This document shows, piece after piece, positions 24,301 to 34,889 of a stretch of 64,000 nt of DNA (position 1 is the first letter of the stretch; each line of letters starts with the position of its first letter). A program made the position numbers and the translations under genes. The notes under the pieces were generated by a model. The model had not been told where the DNA came from. It made no database searches and saw only the letters and a list, made by a program, of their open reading frames with translations. Source of the DNA: Balanoglossus misakiensis (lineage: Eukaryota; Animalia; Hemichordata); the NCBI GenBank assembly GCA_040954595.2, contig CM082581.2, forward strand, positions 4,642,699 to 4,706,698, written 5' to 3'.

Positions 24301-27300
24301 ATGGCGGACGTCGTTATATTCTACGGCCTGCCGTTCTCAGTAAGTATCTCCACAGTAATATAACCCCCGTCCGTTACTGGAGGCGCTGTGATAATCAGAT
24401 AAAAAAAAGAAGAGAAGTAGATGTAAACCTTGCCACGATCCTCGCTTTTGATATTTTGCTAATTCCCGCCCACGTTGGATTGCACTTGTCGACAGAGTTT
24501 CTGTGATCTCTGCGACCAACATATCGGCGTTCACTTTTCCATCATCACGGCATCATGGCTAATGCATGGGATGACTTTCTCATCCGTCCCACGCATTTCG
24601 ACCCTCACGGCAAGAGTGTGGGAGTTTGGTAGAAAATTGTCAGTATCTTCCAATATGATGTGCAAAACCCGGAAGCGCGTGAAACGTTTTAATAGTCAGC
24701 AGTGGGAGTTCATCTGACGAGTTACCATGGCAACGACAGCCAAGGCGCCCCATGCGAGATTCACAGAAACTGTTACGTGTGCGGCTCACTATTATCAAAC
24801 TTAATACAATAAATTCTTTAATAATTCTTTAATAACAAATGCATTGCAAGAAGAATTGAGCATCTACATATAATTCCATGTCAACTGGGTATCTCAAAAA
24901 ATATTTGGAAATAGGTAATTTCTGTGATCTGTTCGTGTCTGGCTATATTTGTGATTACTCTTTAAAGTTTAATTAAATCACAAGAGTAATATTCTTAATA
25001 TACTCGCCAAAATGGATGCAGTGCTGTGCAGCAGTGAACAATGTTGAGAGAAATGTCATTAAAGGTATACGGTCACCTCCAATTTACATATCGCCATATA
25101 TAGTTGAAATGGCGTATTTGAGTGTTCTAAAGAACGCTTTATTTTCGCGTGTGCCACCCACTGAAAATCTGTGATTGGTCAGATCTCGATTTACCATGGT
25201 AACTGTGGCTAAATTTGTATAGGTGACCGTATACCTTTAATATATCCTCACATAATCACACCAACACAATTTATTTTCTTTTATATCGATAGTGTTATCT
25301 ACAACTATTATTTATATAATCAAATCAGGCATACAGTTTTCAAGTGCTGCCAACAAAAGAGTCTGAAATGGGTTGTCAGGAGATTATACCTCCACAGTAT
25401 CAGACAGATAACTTCACTTCCGTGGCAATCCCTTAAGATGATTTAATCAGCATATTTGTACACATCCGTTTGTTTAAAAAAAAAAAAAACAAATGTTGGC
25501 AGCACCTGAAGACAATTTAGGCGTTTAGGCGGTATCAATCTCAAAGCATTCGTCCAAAAGTTTATTGTGTGGACGCACGCAGATTCAACAAGAATCCTGT
25601 ATATTGTTGATATCGCAAACAATTTAATAAGAGCTTCACTCCTGATTTTATAACAGGGTAAAAGTGCCTACTGTGAAGAAAACTTTTCGACATACAAGCG
25701 AGTCTCAGCCCAAGAAATCTATCGGAATGACCCTTCTACTAGTCTACGGCAGATTATTCTACAGATTATCACTCATCTGAGAAGTGGACATAAAGTTGTG
25801 ATAGATGATGAAAACTGGTCAGATATCACCAGGGCTTCATACATCAATTCTATTCATACCAAGGTAAGGCAGACTATGACATCATTCATAGTGATTCATA
25901 CACATTGTAGCAAGTAAGCACTTTGGACTTGACAGTGGATGAGTGCTTACCCCATTGCCTTAACCCTTTCACCACCATGGTTCAGTCCAAACTCATTGTT
26001 TTCTATGGTGAGGTTGGACCTCGAAAGAGGGAACTGGGGGTGAAAGGGTTCAAGCCCCAATAGCTGCCGATTTTTGCATTATTTTAATGATTTTAAACCA
26101 TGGGGGTGAAAGGGTCAAGGGAGCCCCCCCCCCCCCCCCATTGGGAACCTGCTATACTGATTCATACACCAAGGAAGCCAGTGCAAAAAAAATAACCTCA
26201 CTCAGCCAAAACTTTTCAAGTGCTATGGTATTGAGCAGGAAGTCCGAACAGAATTTAAAGGGACAAAGTCTCTCTCTCGCTGGCCTTTTTCCATTAATTA
26301 TGTTTGATACAAGACGCTGTTTATGTTATTCTACATGTGGATATATGGTGAATCAACATTGGACCACACACAACTTCCATCTCGTTTGTAGGATATGAGA
26401 GTAAAAACTCGCCCAAAATGAATAAATGGTAAAGAAAGATAGATTATTCATTTTGGCGAGTTTTTTCACTCTCCTGTCTACAAGAGGGATGGAAGATGTG
26501 TGTGGTGGAACGTTCATTCACTATATATCCACATGTAGAATAACAAACGTTGTCTCTTATCAAATATAATTAATGGGAAAAAGGGCAGCGAGAGAGAGAC
26601 TTTGTCCCTTTAATCTTCAAAAGCTGATTTGACAATTTGTGGAAGGTAAACTACAGAACTGGCTGAGATATTACTTAAAAAAGCAACCTTAGAAACTCAG
26701 ACTCAGACAGCAGACTCACTCACTCTGGATCAGGTTCTCTTGCTGATCAGACTGAACCGTTTAGTTTCACATGTGTCGGTTTCAGAGTGTGTGTGTACAT
26801 GTACATACAATCAGCTTTAATTCTCTGGGTTTTTCTTCAGTCAGTCTAACTTTGGTCATATTATACAAATTGGATATGCACCTTTAAAATTCAGCATACA
26901 AGTTGATCAGGACAACTTGTCCATTTAAAATCATGCAAGATTTCCGTTGAAACCTTTTGAGTCGACTGTACACTTCCTCTGGGGGCATTACAGTCAAAAG
27001 AATGGGATACCCAACTTTGGTATGACTACCTGAGGGTGAGGAGTTCATGACCTGGGAATGGACTTTTGTTAAATTGTTACAGCATATTGAGATGTATTAT
27101 GTAATGCACTATATGAGAAATCAATATTATCGTTATTATTATGTTACCATTCCTTAGAGCAGGGCCCCTCTTGTTGTGTCTGCCATACCCATTACCCAGG
27201 AGGGCTGGGCATCACATCCTGCAACTTTGCTATCTGTTACCTGTTTGATGACAGACACAAGAACGAAATACAGCTGAAAATAGAAAATGGCAGGGTATAT

Positions 27301-30300
27301 AGTGTCCCACTCATACACAGGCAGACTGCAATAGTTGAGTAGAACGACCTTTTCATGAAACCATGCTGAAATTCAGAAACATGTTCCCTTACACTGTAAA
27401 AATACATGTTGAGGAAACAAAAAGGAATGTCATAATTTCTCTAAAAAAATTAAGGGAAATTAAGGGCAGTTAGGGAAACAGGACAGTATTTATTTTACTT
27501 TCAACTCATCACCAGATTTATAGATAGGAATGGCAGAGTGGGAAAACCAGCAGATTTCAGGGATCTGATGACTGATTTCTTGGAAGATGTATCTTTCAGT
27601 GTTTCTAGAACTGTTCGATCCAGCAGGGACTATGTCATTGACAGTGACTTGTCATGTGATCTTGCTTTAACTTTGAGTTATACGTTTGTAGGCAAATTCT
27701 ACTAAATTTTGCTTGGTTTTTAATAGATTAAAAAAAAACAGATTTAGAATATTCTGCTGAATAACATAAAATTAAGAATATGCTATGTGTGGACAGAAAA
27801 GAAGTGGATATACTTGTTTATGCGTTATACCCTTTAGACAGCAAAAATTCAGAGATGCAAACAAGCAGAGTCTTTTAAAATTTGCACCAATAATAATGTG
27901 TGTATTTACTATTAATCTCACCAGATACCAGACTGTACCTTTGAGTGTGTGACCTTTGAACCCCACAATAAGATGCGAGTGTACTGGGCAAGAGAATGGG
28001 CGTTGGCTGAGCAGTGCCTGGCAACAGCTCCTGTCAATCCGTCACGCGTGATTGACATGTGTCAATCGGACGGCAAATTTGAGAGGTGGTTCAGAGATGG
28101 TGAGGGTACATCAAAGAGACACTTTCTCAAACCACCGTGTGAGAGTGAAGGATTCACCATCACACAGGTGAAAACTCACCTCCAAGCCAAGGTTTTTTAC
28201 AAGGTAAGACAGAAGTAAGTAAAGTATCTGTTTTGCATCTGCTTGTCCTCGTATCAACTGAGCTAGGGGTTTTTCATTTGTTCATTGCTTTTGAAACCAA
28301 ATACATGTAGTCCACTCCAGTCAAATACATAATATGACCCTTAGCCACCGTAAGTCAAAACTTTACGTGCAACTGATGTTGATCACATGAAGATGTGTTA
28401 CTGATATATTCCAGTATCAATAAAATAGTTCACAGACACTGTAGGAGTTGAATGTTCCCTAGTATTTGCCATGTCAACCCATCTTCTGTGTGGATGTCAT
28501 TCTGTAAACAGAACCTGTAAGTTTTATGTACATGTACTGGCATATACATGTAGTACAAGATCACAAGCTCAATATACTCTCCATTTATGAAAGTACAGTG
28601 AAAGTGTGATGCCAACACAATCATAGCTGGTCCCTGACTCTTTACAAACATGTTGTGTTAATGACTTTATTGTACCAAGCAGTATTTCTATCATGCACTT
28701 GTGCTATCCGCAGTTATAGAAATGATTAGACATGCTTACAGACCTTTCCTGCTTTTTCCTGCAGTTTGAAGTACCAGCCCTGTTTATTCAATGGCAGAGT
28801 ATTGTGAAGTCTGAGGATGAGACGTTGTCAGTAGTCACTGGTGTCAAGGACACATTGAGTAAATGGTACCAAATTAATCCTTGCGGTAGAATTATTATCA
28901 TCATAGGTAGACAAAATGGTGAGTTATTGTAATTACAGCTATGGTCACCTGACTTTATACTGCTGTAGGTTTTTTTTCACAACCAAATAACCCTTGCTTG
29001 CTGTTGGTAACCACTCAATACAGAAGCTGTCTTTTAGATAGTAGGGTACATTTTTCAACATCCTTTTCAAAAGTGACTTGTCCAATTGCCCTAAAATTTG
29101 GTATGCAGGTCTCTTGGGCTGATCATTCAAAATTGGTCAGAATCTGCAATATTGAAATTTTTGGGGAAGTTTTTGCCATTATTTTGTGTGACATCTTGAA
29201 TCCTTTTGTTATACAGGTCCTTATAGTGCTCATGATATTTAATATACACATTCTTCATAAAACAAATCCCACATACCGTGGTATAGGCTATTTTATGTTA
29301 AATATAACAACATAGCACTATCAGCCTACATACATGTTTAGGTCACTTTTATATCTGTGTTTTCATATATTTTGCCAAATAATGAGTATAAGACACTTTC
29401 TCATTTTAAGGGATATGTGTTATTCTGTCTTTATTTTAGATTGTGATGAAGAAAACAGCCAGCTAAAAGATATCTTGTTGGAGCTTTGCGACGATTTCAG
29501 GGACTGTCCAGTGTATTTTTGTGGCATTGAAGATGAGATGACCTGCGGTCAGTTTGCCTTGCCCCCGCAGCCTGGTCTCATAGCCTGGCTTCAGAGACTC
29601 CATGGCATTCAGCTCAATCACCGGGGAACCTTGTATTTAGTGGCCACTGCAGCGCATATCAAGTCGGCCGAAGCAGCCGGCGTGAGTCACATGATCGCTT
29701 CTACAGTGTACGCACATCCTGGCATCGTGACGGCGCCGAACTGCGCGACCAAAGGTCACGAACCCTCGCTTCATCGGAATGTGAAACTTCGCCTGCCGAC
29801 GGGGTGTACAGCGGGCGAACCCAGAGTGCCCCTCCAAGACGAGGTGACAGTCGAAAACTTTCTCAGGATTTCCTGTCCAGGGTCTCGCTTTCATGGAGTT
29901 TGTTTTAAGGACATCAACGTTTTTAAAAAGTATCAAGAACTGTACGTAGAACACGCAACGCTGTTAACAGAGAAAGTCAGCAAAATCGACCAGCTCAGAC
30001 AACAGCGACTGCGAGAAAATACCGCACAAGCTGTGACCAAAAATCCTTCAAGGACTACTGACAGATCTCTACCGCAGTGGTTGCTGGGAAAATGTCCGCG
30101 AGATCCCAAACCGGTGTGTTCTCACAGCGAGGCTACAGCAGAGGCTGCTGGGAAAAGGAAGACGTCTCCGAACAAGCAGACATCTAAGTATGTCTTCATA
30201 CAGATTTATCTTTGCAGTGATATGTGTTTCCAATTATGCAGCAGTGTAGAAAACAGCCAACAGGTGGCAGTGACAAAATCTCTCTACATCCCTAATGTCA

Positions 30301-32582
30301 TAGTTCAAAGTTCATCACAGTTCAGCACTTCTGGTCAGACTTGCCAACCAACTGCAAAAGAGAAACAGAAAACAGAAATTATAAACATAGATATGATAGA
30401 ATAACATAAACGGTGTCTTGTATCAAACATAATTAATTGAAAAAGGGCAGTGAGAGAGAGACTTTGTTCCTTTAGTAATAACGACATACTGTGTAAGTAT
30501 ATTTACATACCTCATGAATTATTATTCCAGTTACTGGGCTGATTTTTTCCGGGAATTTCTCAAACAAGGCACTAATTTGTCACATGTCCATATCCTTGAC
30601 ATGTACTACTACTGTTTTCGACATATTACTCTGTAACGACATATAAAGACATGTTACTCTGTAAGTACATTTACATACCAATCATGAGATCGCCAAATTT
30701 TGTCATCAGAAAAAAATATTTTAGATAGTTTACTTGGGTTACTGGTAGTATAGGGGGGGGGGGGTGATATAATACTTACAAAGAAATGAATTTAGTATTC
30801 AGGTCTACCGGTGAACAAGCAAAATAGTATAATTATCCGCAACTCACATTTTTCCAGCTCATGAATTATTATTCCAGTTACCGGGCTGATTTTTCCTGGA
30901 ATTTTTCAAACAAGGCACTCATTTGTAATGTTTCCATATCCTTGACATTTATTACTATGTATTGTTTTCCAGGAAATGCCATATTTTGATATTTTCTTAA
31001 GGCCACAATTTACTCATTTCTCAAACTATTTCTGTACAATGACTGTACCACCATGGTCTCGCATGTAAAACCAGTACTCACACATCATTTACAATGTGGT
31101 CAGATGCTTCATTGATCTCCTGGCTGTGTGTATCTGTTTAACCCTTACTCCCCCAGTTCCCTCTTTAGTGGTCCAACCTTACCATACAGAACAGTGGGTT
31201 TGGACCAGGGTTTGGACTGAACCATGGTGGTGAAAGGGTTAAATTTTGTCCCCGAAATGAATCAATAGAGGCTGTAACAGCGTTCATTGTACTCTTCGTA
31301 AACTATTTTATACTCTAGATTAACCTGTATCTTACAGGATTCAAATATGAAGCCACTGCACTGTAGTAATTCGTGTTGCCAGGAACGCAACATACAAAAC
31401 CACTCGGCCAAATGCTCACCTCCAAAAAAAGTGTTGCAAATCAAAATGCTTATGAAATCTTCGCATATATGCTTCAATACTTTTTATCACATTCCAATCT
31501 AATTTTAATTAGTGATTAGGGCATACTGTTTGATTAATGGCAGCCTATAGTATTTGTGAACGAAATTCAGTAAATACAGTAAACAGAAATGTAGTCCAGA
31601 TTTTTATATGCCACCTACATCAGATATACCATACTAAAGTCTTCCAAATACCTGCATTTTTCCGTTTCTTCCAGGCATAAAATGTCAAGATCATTGTCAA
31701 GGTCGACTACTGTGTATTGTATGAATGAACTGGAATTGGTTGAAACTGCAAAAATGGTATTGAAAGAAGTAAGCAGAATAAACTTTACATGATGCCTGTA
31801 GATACACTGTAATTCTCCCATTTTAATTTGCACTTTCTATCAACCTGCTGGGTGATCATTTGTAGATTTTCTCTTTTTAAATCACACTTAATGTGAGTTT
31901 ATTACCTGTAAATACCAACAACTCATGAACTGTTTCAAGATGAAAAGATTAGACAGAGATAAACTTAACTTTTCAGTTCTGATATTTCAAATTCTCCTTC
32001 AGATTGGCTACAGGAATCAAGATTTAGTGAAATCAGAAACCGCAAAGAATGTAGTTTCACCTGAGAAAATGCAGAAACTAAATATGGAGACAAATGCTGA
32101 CAGTCGTCTCATTGTTGATAGGCCTATCCTAAGTGATGCGTCAACTGAAGAGGACTGTGAGGTCCACAGCGATGAAGAGCGCCCTCTATCGGATGGATTA
32201 TCTGTTGACTCTGAAAACGAAAGACAGAGGTAAGATGTCAATTGTACTCGTAGTTTGAAGGGTTTCCGTGATCACATTTTTAAGCACAAACATTGCAATA
32301 ACATTCCTTTCTACTTTGTCTTGAAACAGAGGCAAGCAGCCGGGCGAGCGGGGTCGAAGTGCATCGCCAAAAAGTGATGGTCAAGTCGGAATTCCTCACA
32401 ACCAAGGTGACATGGAGACTGATGCAGTTGCCGTTGACTACAGCGATTCAGTGGATAGTACAACTGAGGCTGCCGATGTTCCCATCACACCATCGACAAC
32501 ACAAACCAAAACAACTGATAAAGCAGAAAAGAAGAAAGTCACCCCAGGACTTGATCTAACTTTCTTAGATGATATTTTCTAA
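24301..32582 (+). CDS. About 662-aa protein: polynucleotide-kinase-like P-loop (AAA_33-type) + degenerate HAD-IIIA phosphatase-like domain + C-terminal CYREN/MRI-like NHEJ module
   Basis: Exons 24301-24339, 25657-25863, 27925-28203, 28765-28906, 29440-30187, 31675-31768, 32003-32229 and 32330-32582. All introns are GT-AG, with phases 0,0,0,1,2,0,2 consistent, giving 1989 nt open to TAA. Walker A GLPFS|GKS spans exons 1 and 2. VVIDDEN...TRASYI and PPCESEGF resemble the PNKP kinase. ALFIQWQSIV ... LPPQPGLI ... IKSAEAAGV resembles a GmhB/PNK 3'-phosphatase fold. RSLPQW, TVYCMNELELVETA and the terminal FLDDIF resemble CYREN. AATAAA at about 32635. Confidence 0.85.
24721..24734. promoter_or_regulatory. 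RFX X-box palindrome, with an ETS-like CCGGAAG at 24669, in intron 1
   Basis: GTTACCATGGCAAC matches the X-box consensus GTNRCCATGGYAAC. A similar site, GTTGCTATGGCAAC, is at 22625-22638. Confidence 0.45.
25063..25236. mobile_element. MITE family A (Kolobok-like), copy 4
   Basis: TTAA|AGGTATACGGTCACC...GGTGACCGTATACCT|TTAA. Confidence 0.88.
25964..26048. mobile_element. piggyBac-like MITE family B
   Basis: TTAA|CCCTTTCACC...GGTGAAAGGG|TTCA. It is the reverse complement of the copy at 31142. Confidence 0.75.
26259..26609. mobile_element. Fold-back (near-palindromic) TTAA-flanked MITE family C (Kolobok-like)
   Basis: TTAA|AGGGACAAAGTCTCTCTCTCGCTG...CAGCGAGAGAGAGACTTTGTCCCT|TTAA. Arms of about 165 bp pair around a loop of about 20 bp. 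Confidence 0.85.
30398..30473. mobile_element. Solo terminal arm of MITE family C
   Basis: agaataacataaacggtgtcttgtatcaaacataattaattgaaaaagggcagtgagagagagactttgttcct matches the arm of 26259-26609. Confidence 0.75.
30511..30960. repeat. Dispersed direct duplication of about 105 bp (30511-30615 and 30858-30960)
   Basis: ctcatgaattattattccagtta.[c/t]gggctgattttt...caaacaaggcact...ccatatccttgacat occurs twice. Confidence 0.8.
31142..31238. mobile_element. piggyBac-like MITE family B
   Basis: TTAA|CCCTT...GGTGAAAGGG|TTAA, with CCC..GGG termini and TTAA TSD. Confidence 0.8.
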
Positions 32583-33815
32583 AAGCTGAGCCTATATTAC
32601 AATTAACGTTAAAAACTTTATTTCTTTATAAAAAAATAAAATCATTTATTTTTTATATGTATCATATAAGAATGGCTGTAGTTTTATGGTGAATATGACC
32701 TATATATGTTAGTAAATGTGTGTTAGAGTGACAACACTATATCTAACTGCACTATAGTAAATTCCACGAACTGTAAATCACCAGACTGAAGGACATAATG
32801 TCATTTAGACTCAAAAAATGTTGTATCTAAAAAGGAAACTTATGAGTTTCACCGATATGAACTGTTACTGTAAATGATATTCTTAGTTTGACAGCTACAG
32901 CTGCCAGAAACATGAACGAACGAATGAATGAATGAATAGTGAGCTGTACTGAAGCCAAACATTTTGCATTGTAAACGACAAAATCTAAAAAGCTATGCTT
33001 AGAGGGCGCCCTGGCAAAAGTGTGATAAGCGTTGCGTATTTACAGTTTGGGGCAATTTTTGTCTTGGTCAAGAGTTTTCTCTGAAACCGCTTGTCTGAGT
33101 GCCTTGAAATTTGGTTTGCAGGGTTTGATGTCTAGGGATGATCAGTAATACGACAAATAATCGCGTTATCGCCACTGGGGGCATGCGCTGACGGACTTAT
33201 ACTGTGATCAAATCTCTATTTATGAATCGAGTCCCAGGGCTTGGATTCAGACCATAAGCAAAACTAACCATGTGTTATTAAATAACTCAAGCAGCGTCAT
33301 TGAATACTCCAGATGTTCTCAGCATCAATACCATCCCAACCCCCATTGTTGATTCAGTGTACACACAACTTTTAATTATACGTATTAGACATACTAGTAA
33401 GCTGGCGGTACACGCACAGTCCCTCCACCCGTACACGTAACCTAGTTTCCCATTGAGATCGCCTCCTCACTTGAACATTAAGCGCATTATGGCGTAATTT
33501 TCGGATTATTTGCTGAGCGCAACTTTTAATATAATTTCGAAATAGTCAAGATCTACGCATACACGGCCCATAATTTCATAAGATTCCAAGTTCGTTTGAT
33601 GGCGCCGATGCGTTACAAAACTTCAATGGATGGTCGTTCAGTGATGACAATAAGCTGAGCACGGCACCTGTCATCAATGAAAATGAGTCGCGCGCATTAC
33701 AAGAACGTTTAGTTCTGGTTATGCAGACGGTGGAATTTAGCAGATGACTTAGCGGTATTCTTTAAATGCTCTATGCGTAACTTTGTGGAATACACAGGTT
33801 GATGGCACCGGTCAC

Positions 33816-34889
33816 ATGGCGATTATGGATACTGAAGAAGGAATGCGGGAGATATTCCCGCCAAGTCCGGCACCAACACAAAATGAGAGCAACCATACCG
33901 CCTTCGTCATTTTACAGAGCTGCGTCCTGGGACTTCTCGTCTTCGGCATCATCCTGGCGAACGTCATCATACTGATGACCGCCATGAAACTGCAGCATTT
34001 GCCCGTAGCCACGAAACACCTGGTGATTTCGCTCGCTTTGGCCGATTTGGGAGTCGGCATCAACACGAGTTACAGCTTCATATCCAGCGTGGTCGGGTAT
34101 TGGCCCTTCACGTGGGTGTGGTGCCTGGTGACTGGGATACACGCCAAAGTTTTCACGTCTGTGTCTGTTCTCTCTATAGTTCTCCTTGTAGGGGAGCGCT
34201 ATGTTGCCATCGAGTACCCCTTCAAATACGCGTCGCTGGTAACACTTTGGCGTGTCAGGATATGCATTGTGATAACATGGAGTATGGTGGAAATTTTTGC
34301 GTGGATTCGATATGGAATATTCCAAGGCGATTTTATCAACTACAACGACATATACAAATCCTGTAGTCCGAACTACGGCGATCCTGATATCGTCGGGGAA
34401 ACCATAAGCACGATGATTCTGTACATTTTCGTCCCCGCTCTGATTATAATCGTTCTCTGCGGCCGAATCGCCTATATTTCACACAAGCACGCCAGACAGA
34501 TACAGGACATGTCCGTTGTAGGTCCACGTACAGAAGATGGCGACCAGTCAACGCAAGATTCAAATCAACGACCAAAACTGACCAGACGACACCTGAAGGG
34601 CTTCAAGACCATGTGCTTAACGGCTGGATGTTTCATCGTCGCGTGGTTTCCCTTCGCTGTCACATCGATTTATACATCTTTATCTGGAAGTGTCGTAGAC
34701 CCGTGGATCGCATTTCTCACTTCAACGTTGGCTATATCCAACAGCTTTTGGAATGCGATAATCTATAACGTCATGAGCAAGAAATTTCGTCGAACGGCCA
34801 GGACTGTACTGGGATGCAACGAGAACGTCATTCAGGCGGAGGACAGCACGGGCACCGACAACAGTGATAATCCAATGGCCACGAATTGA
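33816..34889 (+). CDS. Class A GPCR, orphan amine-receptor-like (trace amine / histamine H2-like scaffold), single-exon CDS
   Basis: Seven hydrophobic segments. SLALADL (TM2), WPF..WC (ECL1/TM3), ERYVAI.YPFKY, AWFPF (TM6), SNSFWNAIIY...FR (TM7/H8). N-glycosylation sequons NES and NHT. First ATG at 33816, following a splice acceptor at 33797. Confidence 0.9.
   Translation: MAIMDTEEGMREIFPPSPAPTQNESNHTAFVILQSCVLGLLVFGIILANVIILMTAMKLQHLPVATKHLVISLALADLGVGINTSYSFISSVVGYWPFTWVWCLVTGIHAKVFTSVSVLSIVLLVGERYVAIEYPFKYASLVTLWRVRICIVITWSMVEIFAWIRYGIFQGDFINYNDIYKSCSPNYGDPDIVGETISTMILYIFVPALIIIVLCGRIAYISHKHARQIQDMSVVGPRTEDGDQSTQDSNQRPKLTRRHLKGFKTMCLTAGCFIVAWFPFAVTSIYTSLSGSVVDPWIAFLTSTLAISNSFWNAIIYNVMSKKFRRTARTVLGCNENVIQAEDSTGTDNSDNPMATN

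Larger units (their letters stand above)
30063..32582 (+). other. CYREN: CYREN/MRI-like module: Ku-binding motif (30063-30089), MRI core (exon 31675-31768), C-terminal XLM-like motif (about 32550-32579)
   Basis: RSLPQWL vs human RVLPSWL; TTVYCMNELELVETAKMVLKE vs human RTVYCMNEAEIVDVALGILIE; LTFLDDIF* vs human LKYVREIFFS*. Human sequences are quoted from memory. The motifs are in the same order, with an acidic, Ser-rich disordered linker. Confidence 0.8.

Noticed and set aside
27158-27704. Two exon-like open stretches within intron 2 of the PNK-HAD-CYREN gene
   Set aside because: Their splice phases do not fit the flanking exons or each other, and the kinase domain reads continuously without them. 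No recognisable motif.
4209-32582. Apparent synteny with the human CYREN region, which also contains AKR1B genes
   Set aside because: The AKR here belongs to a different branch from AKR1B, so the proximity is not evidence of conserved synteny.
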